A program made the position numbers and the translations under genes. Positions 52,501-60,027 of a DNA stretch of 60,027 nt are shown one piece after another. Below the pieces are notes generated by a model, which saw nothing but the letters and a program-made list of their open reading frames with translations, had not been told where the DNA came from and made no database searches. How positions within the stretch are numbered: the first letter of the stretch is position 1; every line of letters begins with the position of its first letter. Source of the DNA: Basidiobolus meristosporus CBS 931.73 (taxonomy: Eukaryota > Fungi > Basidiobolomycota); assembly GCA_002104905.1 (NCBI GenBank), contig MCFE01000545.1:1-60027 (forward strand), read 5' to 3'.

Positions 52501-55060
52501 AAGTCTAAATTCTTTTATTGAATCTGATCAGGTATAGTAATACTATTTCAACTTGATCTAAGTTGAAAAGTGCAAATTGTATAAAGAAGATATATCTATA
52601 GTACTGTGAAGGTAAAATACTGCTCAAGTTGAGTTGAGTTCTGAAAAGAAATTTGTCAACAAATCAGGCTAGAAAATGAAGTAAAGCTGGGAGTTATTTG
52701 AAAGCAAAGCACCAAGGGAAAGTGTAGAGCTATACTACCACTTCCTGGAAGACAGGGATCTCACAGGAAGGCAGAAGCTCAGGTCTTATTGCAGATATGA
52801 TAGCAGAAAGTCTCTGGACAAGCTCCCCTTGTTTGTGAAATTGGAACAATGATTGGGTATCTTTGCACCCAAAGCAGCTCTCTACATGAGAGAAGTAAAA
52901 ATACCTGCTACAGTAGGGGCACTTGGAACCCAAGCAAAGTGTGTTCATTCTCCACCTCATGGCCTGGAAGGCAAAGAAGGAACTCCTGATGTAAAGGGAT
53001 ATGTCTGCTCCACTATGGGAATGTCTACTCTCATGAGAAATAAGTCCAACTCTGTCTTTTGAGCTAGTAACTCTGGAGATATTCTCCAGCTTCCTTTTAT
53101 GCATTGCCACAGAGAGAGGAATATGTTCTCTAGGTGGCTTGGCACTGTTGGAGGCCAGATAATCTTTGTAACCATCAGGAAAGTGTATCTTCTTTCTCAC
53201 CAATGACTTTGGGGTGGCTTGGACTAAGTTGTTAGTAATCTTATTGCCTAAGATCTTCAAAGGATTATTGGGTGATGCTTTTGCATAGTGCTGCCAAATC
53301 TGATACCTAAAGTCTCAAATCTGATTGGCAAAGCCTCAATACCAGTCAGACTATGTATAAGCCTCTAGTATTGCCTAGAATGGTAGTCAGAAGCATTGAC
53401 TATCCAGCCAATAGCTTCTTGCTGCAGAGCTTGTAGCTTGGTAATGAGGTCAGGATCAGCAGCAAAACACATCATAGGAGCAGCATACTCCCAAGATGAC
53501 CTCACAAAGGCCTTGAATAGCTGTAGCCTAATCAGAGGATACCATCTACCCCCTTTGAGCTGTAGGAATCCCAAAGTGGCAGAAGTTCTTTGAATACACT
53601 TTTCAGTGTAAACTGCCCAAGAAATACCACTTTGACAAGTTGGGAGTCCAAGGTAGCTGTAAGAGGAAGGTTGAGGCAGAAGGGAGTTATTGAAGGAAAT
53701 ATTCCACTCTGGTGTAGGACCAATGTATGCTGATGTAGCAGTGTTTACCTCCATACCATTGGCAGTACACCATTGGCTGACTTTACTCAGCAAATGATTA
53801 GCTTCTGAGAGACTCCTAGGCAGCAATTGGATGTCATCAGCAAATAACAGTGCAGAGGGCACAGCAGCTCCTGAGTCATTGGAGCAGAGACTTTGAGCCA
53901 GGTCATCAATGTAGACATTGAGCATGATTGGTGAAAGCAAAGATCCCTGGAATAGCCCCCTGAGCCTGGGAAACGGAGATGATATCACACCATTAACACT
54001 AATAGTGGAGTAGCAGGCTGAGAAGAGTGAGTGTACAATCCTAAGAAGCTGACTGGGTACATTCTGGTTCTTTAGCTTCTTCAGGAGTATTGGGATCACT
54101 ACCCTATCATATGCTTGCTTCAGGTCAACAAAGATTCTGTGTTTTCTTCCTTCATGATCTGATAGGTAAAAAGCATCATGAAATACAACTGAATGTGTTA
54201 CAGTAGAGTAGCCGCCCCTAAAGCCAGCTTGTGCAGGATGAAACTGGGCCAAGGGGGAGTCCTTCAGGTGGTTGAGGAGGCAGGCCTTAAATATTCTTCT
54301 GAGCATTGGTGTCAAGGCAATAGGCCTGAAGCTGTCAATGGTTGATGAAGTGGACTTCTTTGGTAAAGGGTGAATGTGAGAGAGATTACACTGTGAAGGG
54401 GTAAACCCAAACCTGAGGCAATGATGAAAGAAAATCTTCAAATCATCTATGAAAGCTGCATTTCCAGCCAAAACCTTGAGAATGCATATATGAAGGGGTC
54501 CAGACCAGCAGACTTGGAAGAGGGATACTTGCTGATTGTCAGAAGAAGAGACTTGGTAGTGAACCATTGACTACCAGAGAGGGTGTCTTGCATGAAAGAC
54601 CCAAATGCTGGAGCCCAGCCATCTTTAAGGCAATGAGCAGGTGGGTATGCAAATACTTCTTGAAAGTACTTGTAAGCATCATCCACAGCAGAGATACCAG
54701 GATCTCTGGAACTGATTATTACTTCTGCCTGAGTTACCCTTTGAGCTTGCTTGAATATCACAGCAGCCTGCTGAGCAGCTGTGGCAGAGTGAAGTCTCCA
54801 AAGGGGGCACTTCTCCTAGGACCAGATTTGGCAGCATGAACTGAGTAAGTTCCCAGGTACTCCTCACAAATGACCAATACCAGGGAGTGGAAAGCAGTAT
54901 AGGCAGCACTTGGGGCAAGAAGCCAGAGTTGAATGTTTCAAATACAGTTTTGGCAGGCTCTTCTAGCCAATACCACCCCTCTGGGAGTAAGGTTGAAGCA
55001 CACTTGTCTGGAGGAATTGACATGTGGGATAAGCACAAATAGGTCTGGGTAGGTCATACA
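52501..55060 (-). mobile_element. Second, unrelated LINE-type element (degenerate RT with a C-terminal CCHC-like knuckle)
   Basis: HPLPKK...FRPIALT, HPAQAGFRGGYST, FVDLKQAYDRV, GLFQGSLLSP, LFADDI, then RWRMN...KCPYCSRYF..SHVESC; several stops and frameshifts. Confidence 0.88.
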
Positions 55061-55290
55061 ACTTATATGAAAGAGAGAAAACTAAGCTTGCACCAGTTTG
55101 GATGTAGCAGTTATGTATTAGGTAAGATAATTAGATTTTGTGGGTGGGAGTGAATATAGATGATTATATTATTTTGGAGTGAGTTAGGTTAGTTTCCTAG
55201 GAGAGTTGGGAAGTAGGTGAAAGATGGTGTGTGATGGGTGATAGTCAATGAATGATGGGTAATGGTGAAGGTGGTAATAGTGATGGTAGG

Positions 55291-55690
55291 TTTGGTGATT
55301 TGGATGATTGGTATGGTAATGGGTGATTTGGATGTTGCGTATGGCAATGGTGGGTTTGGTGATTTAGATGTTGGGTATGGCAATAGGTGATTTGGATAAT
55401 TGGTATGGCAATAGGTGATTTGGATGATTGGTATGGCAATAGGTGATTTGGATGATTGGTATGGCAATAGGTGATTTGGATGATTGGTATGGCAATGGGT
55501 GATTTGGATGTTGGGTATGGCAATGGTGGGTTTGGTGATTTGGATGTGGGTATAGCAATGGGTGATTTGGATGTTGGGTATGGCAATGGTGGGTTTGGTG
55601 ATTTGGATGATTGGTATGGCAATGGGTGATTTGGATGTTGGGTATGGCAATGGTGGGTTTGGTGATTAGGATGGTGGGTTCAGTGATTTG
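55291..55690. repeat. G/T-rich subtelomeric minisatellite, about 13-14 units of 28 and 36 bp (GGTGATTTGGATG(A/T)T(T/G)GGTATGGCAAT core)
   Basis: Read directly; unit starts at e.g. 55386, 55414, 55442, 55470. Confidence 0.92.
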
Positions 55691-56226
55691 GATTAGACTT
55701 AATTTTATGGTAGAGAGAATGTTGATAACCTCTACTTGGTATTTGTATGGTCAGGGAGATTTTGATGGGTGTTATTCAAAAGGTTTGACAGTGTGGTGGT
55801 GTAGAGGTACTCCTGGGAGAAGCTACACAACTCAAGGTGTGTGAGGTGTCTGATGAGTGCAAGAACCTCTGGGTCTAAACTGCTTGTGTCTTTGTCAATA
55901 TGTCTCTATGGTAAAAGCTCCTGATTCTCTAGTTTCCTAGGTGTTCCAAGTGTCTCCAAAGGCCTCTGTGTGTCTTGTGCACAACCCTGAAAAGCTCCTT
56001 GATGGCAGGTCTCAGATGTACTGTTGAAGGCAGGTGCAATGATCAACTACTAATCAATAAGGGAGAAGTGTTACTGATAGAAGGGATGATTTATTGATGA
56101 GGGATTGACTTCCCTTAAATACTTTTCCAGATTGGCAAGTGATTACTAATGACAAGGTTCTAGAAGATTCCAGGCTTCAGTGAAATTCTTGATGATATCA
56201 CTGTGAGCTAAAAATATGCCAAGAAT

Positions 56227-56456
56227 GTTAGGGGAGGAAAGTCACCAAGTGGTGAAATCTTTATTTACTTATGACAAGTATCTAAAGAAGCCATATTAGT
56301 CTGAAGTAATTACTAGAAAGTTAGGTCTGAGAGATATCTTCCTGTTAGCCAGGTCTGAGAGTTGAGAAGCTGAGTGGTACTGTATTTCCTAGTTAGCTGG
56401 GTCTGAGAGAGGTTTCCTGGAAAGCCAGGCCTGAGAAGTGATAATCTGAGTATTTC
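56227..56456 (-). mobile_element. Short unit of a third cargo type (unknown) with the terminal module
   Basis: GTTAGGGGAGGAAAGTCACCAAGTGGTGAAATC at 56227; internal GGTCTGAGAG repeats; homologous to the stub at 59752-59856. Confidence 0.7.
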
Positions 56457-56673
56457 TTAGGGGGGGGGATGATAATCACCACAGGGTGAAATCATTATTT
56501 AAATCATAAACAAAGAAACCAAGTTTGAATATGAATATTTGAGATGCAGAAAGCCTACAAGATAAACTTGGACTTTGCTGTATCCCTAATTTCCTCAATA
56601 TCAAAGTCTAAAGGAGAATGTAGCAAAACTGCTTGTTCACTGTAGTATTTCTTGAGGAAGTTTATGACTTGAG
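56457..56673 (-). mobile_element. 3' stub of an ORF1-type unit with the terminal module
   Basis: Reads QVINFLKKYYSEQAVLLHSPLDFDIEEIRDTAKSKFIL*, aligning to the ORF1 end AVTHFLKDCYISQAYLLHSPMNL...DTA; module at 56476-56489. Confidence 0.75.
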
Positions 56674-58310
56674 GGTTAGGGTAGGGTTAGGGGGGGAGAC
56701 AGTCACCAACAGGTGAAATCTATATTTCAGTTGAAACAAAGAAGCCAGCGCTACTGTTGTAGCTTTGATACAAGAGTGTGTAGCTGAGGGGAATTTGTAG
56801 GTAAGTAAATAAGAAGTGATGATAGTTCTTCAGTGCTCAAGACACTGTTCAGTGGGAAGGGGGGTAGCAAGAGAGGTAAGTATGACTTGTGAACAACATT
56901 AATGAGGGGAATGTGATAAGGATTGATATTCATCATAAAGGGAGTGTGCTGCTGCAGATATTGCTGCCAAAGGTCTGTCAAGTACTTCAGGTAGGCCAGC
57001 TTGGGTTTTTCTGACTGCAGAATATAGTGAGCAAGCTTCTTGACTTCAGGATCTCCAAGTATAGTTCTCCTGCAGGAGCCAGGTGTTGTGTGGTGTGTTC
57101 TCTTCCAGGCCTTAATCAGTGGGTTGTTGCAGTGGTGAAGTCTGAGATATAATCTGGTTCTAAGGTAGAGAAGTCTGATCTTATAGGGCATAAACCCAAA
57201 AGCACCAAGAATAGCATGTCTGTAGGGGCATTCAGGCAAATGAGGCACCAAGGAGGTAATGCACCATACTGCAAACTTGTCAAGCTTAGTGCAGTCTCTA
57301 GAAGTAAGAGAGAGAAGTGGTAAGCCAAATTCCTGGACAGGTAAGACAAACTGCTTGAGTAGAAGAAGGCAGCTGGGAGCTGAAGTTGTAGGAGGAGTAA
57401 CAGCCAGTAGCTTGTGGAGTGCCTGTCTTGCCAGGATAATTCTCTTCTTCAGGTGTGCTCCAGAGTCTAGTCCAGTAGGAAGGAAAGGAAAGCCAAGATA
57501 TGTAGCAGAAACCTGAGCAGGTAGAGTGGAGTTCTCTAAGTTGATGGGAGAGCCCAAAGGTACTGTCTTTGCAATGGAAAGCTGGAGATTATTCTTCTGC
57601 AGATACTGGTGGATGGTCTGGGAGTCTTGTTGCACATTGGAGGAGGATATTCTGATGTCATCAGCAAAGAGAGTAACCAGGCAGTCAGCTGAGAGTCTTG
57701 GGAAATCATTCAGGAAGATGGCAAACAGTATAGGACCAAGCACAGAGCCTTGAACCACTCCATTAGGAACTGAGAACACAGCTGATTGCTCACTTGGGTG
57801 CAGAATTCTTGCTTGTGGATCCAGAAACAGAGACCTGACAAGGAGGGTGAGAGAGGTACTGGAGAAGCATTGCAACTTGGACCAAAGCAGATTTCTGTCA
57901 ACTGAATCAAAGGTCTTAGTAATATCAAACAGAACTGAGGGATACTTGCACTGGAGAGAGTGATCTTGGCTAAGTATGACTGCATATTCCAAGGAGAGGC
58001 CAGGAACAAAGCCAAACTGTGCAGGATGAAACTTGAGGGAGTCAGAGTAGAGCTCCTGAGCAAGCAGAAGATCAAACACCTTTCTGCAGGTGGGTAGCAG
58101 AGATATTGGCCTGTAGGAGCTAGGATCCAGGTGCTTTCCTTTACCCTTGTACAGTGGCAGAACATTTGCAAAGCACCATTCCTCAGGAGTAGAAAGCTGG
58201 GCTGAGCATTGCTGAAACAGTGGAAGCAGAAGTGCAGACATGGCTTTGGTACTAGTCTTCAGAAGCTCATAGGAGATTGTGTCCACACCTGAAGCAGTAG
58301 AGTTGGGGAG
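56674..58310 (-). mobile_element. LINE-type RT element copy B (511-codon open frame, 5'-truncated)
   Basis: ORF 56751..58286: VLPLYKGKG...YRPISLL, HPAQFGF, LFDITKTFDSVDR, GVVQGSVLGP, LFADDI. Module and telomeric repeats at 56674-56716. Confidence 0.95.
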
Positions 58311-59632
58311 GGTTAGGGGGGGAGACAGTCACCAACAGGTGAAATCTTTATTTCAGTTGAAACAAAGAAGCCAGCGCTACTGTTGTAGCTTTGATACAAG
58401 AGTGTGTAGCTGAAGGGAATTTGTAGGTAAGTTAATAAGAAGTGATGATAGTTCTTCAGTGCTCAACACACTGTTCAGTGGGAAGGGGGGTAGCAAGAGA
58501 GGTAAGAATGACTTGTGAACAACATTAATGAGGGGAATGTGATAAGGATTGATATTCATCATAAAGGGAGTGTGCTGCTGCAGATATTGCTGCCAAAGGT
58601 CTGTCAAGTACTTCAGGTAGGCCAGCTTGGGTTTTTCTGACTGCAGAATAAATTCAGCAAACTTCTTGACTTCAGGATCTCCAAGTATAGTTCTCCAGCA
58701 GGAGCCAGGTGTTGTGTGGTATGTTCTCTTCCAGGCCTTAATTAGTGGGTAGTTGCAGTTGTGAAGTCTGAGGTATAATCTGGTTCTAAGGTAGAGAAGT
58801 CTGATCTTGTAGGGCATAAACCCAAAAGCACCAAGAATAGCATGTCTGTAGGGGCATTCAGGCAAATGAGGCACCAAGGAGGTAATGCACCATACTGCAA
58901 ACTTGTCAAGCTTAGTGCAGTCTCTAGAAGTAAGAGAGAGAAGTGGTAAGCCAAATTCCAGGACAGGGAAGACAAATTGCTTGAGTAGAAGGAGGCAGCT
59001 TGGAGCTGAAGTTGTAGGAGGAGTAACAGCCAGCAGCTTGTGGAGTGCCTGTCTTGCCATGATAATTCTCTTCTTCAGGTGTGCTCCAGAGTCTAGTCCA
59101 GTAGGAAGGAAAGGAAAGCCAAGATATGTAGCAGAAACCTGAGCAGGTAGAGTGGAGTTCTCTAAGTTGATGGGAGAGCCCAAAGGTACTGTCTTTGCAA
59201 TGGAAAGCTGGAGATTATTCTTCTGCAGATACTGGTGGATGGTCTGGGAGTCTTGTTGCACATTGGAGGAGGATATTCTGATGTCATCAGCAAAGAGAGT
59301 AACCAGGCAGTCAGCTGAGAGTCTTGGGAAATCATTCAGGAAGATGGCAAACAGTATAGGACCAAGCACAGAGCCTTGAACCACTCCATTAGGAACTGAG
59401 AACACAGCTGATTGCTCACTTGGGTGCAGAATTCTTGCTTGTGGATCCAGAAACAGAGACCTGACAAGGAGGGTGAGAGAGGTACTGGAGAAGCATTGCA
59501 ACTTGGACCAAAGCAGATTTCTGTCAACTGAATCAAAGGTCTTAGTAATATCAAACAGAACTGAGGGATACTTGCACTGGAGAGAGTGATCTTGGCTAAG
59601 TATGACTGCATATTACAAGGAGAGGCTAGGAG
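58311..59632 (-). mobile_element. LINE-type RT element copy C (near-identical to B, more 5'-truncated)
   Basis: ORF 58377..59501 is nearly identical to copy B and is joined head-to-tail to it through GGTTAGGGGGGG plus the module. Confidence 0.95.
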
Positions 59633-59723
59633 GGTTAGGGGGATGATCATCACCAAAGGGTGAAATCTTTATTTAAATAATAAATAAAGAAGCCAAGTTT
59701 GAATATGAATATCTGAGATTCAG
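59633..59723 (-). mobile_element. ~90-bp ORF1-type 3' stub with the module
   Basis: GGTTAGGGGGATGATCATCACCAAAGGGTGAAATC...AAAGAAGCCAAGTTTGAATATGAATAT matches 56457-56549. Confidence 0.85.
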
Positions 59724-59751
59724 GGTTAGGGTTAGGAGGGTTAGGGTTAGG

Positions 59752-59856
59752 AGGGGGGGATGAAAGTCACCAAGTGGTGAAATCTTTATTTACTTATGAC
59801 AAGTATCTAAAGAAGCCAAGTTAATCTGAAGTTATTCCTAGAAAGCTAGGTCTGAG
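59752..59856 (-). mobile_element. ~100-bp third-type 3' stub with the module, directly under the telomere
   Basis: Matches 56233-56331; preceded by variant telomeric repeats at 59724-59751. Confidence 0.85.
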
Positions 59857-60027
59857 GGTTAGGGTTAGGGTTAGGGTTAGGGTTAGGGTTAGGGTAGGGT
59901 TAGGGTTAGGGTTAGGGTTAGGTTAGGGTTAGGGTTAGGGTTAGGGTTAGGGTTAGGGTTAGGGTTAGGGTTAGGGTTAGGGTTAGGGTTAGGGTTAGGG
60001 TTAGGGTTAGGGTTAGGGTTAGGTTAG
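59857..60027 (+). repeat. Telomere (TTAGGG)n, about 170 bp, right chromosome end
   Basis: G-rich strand runs to the end of the window, with a few TAGGG/TTAGG variants. Confidence 0.98.

Noticed and set aside
55189-55650. Pro/His/Ile-rich ORFs over the satellite
   Set aside because: 28-bp units shift the frame repeatedly; all three frames look equally repetitive.
49409-59820. Repeated palindromic module read as a CRISPR array or hammerhead ribozyme
   Set aside because: Eukaryotic context, irregular spacing, and the intervening sequences are retroelement fragments. No CUGANGA core on either strand.

Overview
Right-hand end of a chromosome from an intron-rich fungus. The gene set (SMG8, UBE2T, ANKRD54-like, YEATS2-like) suggests an early-diverging lineage such as Zoopagomycota or Mucoromycota; the species cannot be fixed from sequence alone. 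Three zones. (1) 1-39.1 kb: dense housekeeping genes (SMG8, RPD3, UBE2T, RPS13, DEAD-box helicase, PEX26-like, SPC2, Crh-type GH16, PFK-2/FBPase-2, amino-acid transporter, GUK1, CHS7, DID4, YEATS/Ahc1-like, KGD2, sugar O-acetyltransferase) plus a divergent pair of unknown ~95-aa LYPxL-motif microproteins. (2) 39.7-49 kb: accessory zone with an A-T-TE NRPS-like gene, its inverted broken duplicate, and a tandem family of tiny secreted CC-C-CC-C peptides (one intact, three or four decayed). (3) 49.4-60 kb: an almost CpG-free subtelomere made of head-to-tail, 5'-truncated, same-orientation LINE-type retroelement pieces, ending in a TTAGGG telomere. The main candidate for an undescribed system is in zone 3. 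Nine units of at least three cargo types (RT-coding, ORF1/gag-like, unknown) all end in the same covarying double-hairpin module followed by a C-run; most then show a full or partial CUAACCC(U), the complement of the telomeric overhang. Four truncation points are healed exactly at AG|GGTTAG. This suggests a segmented retroelement family that primes on chromosome ends and alternates with telomerase. Gene boundaries of spliced genes were assembled by eye and are approximate.
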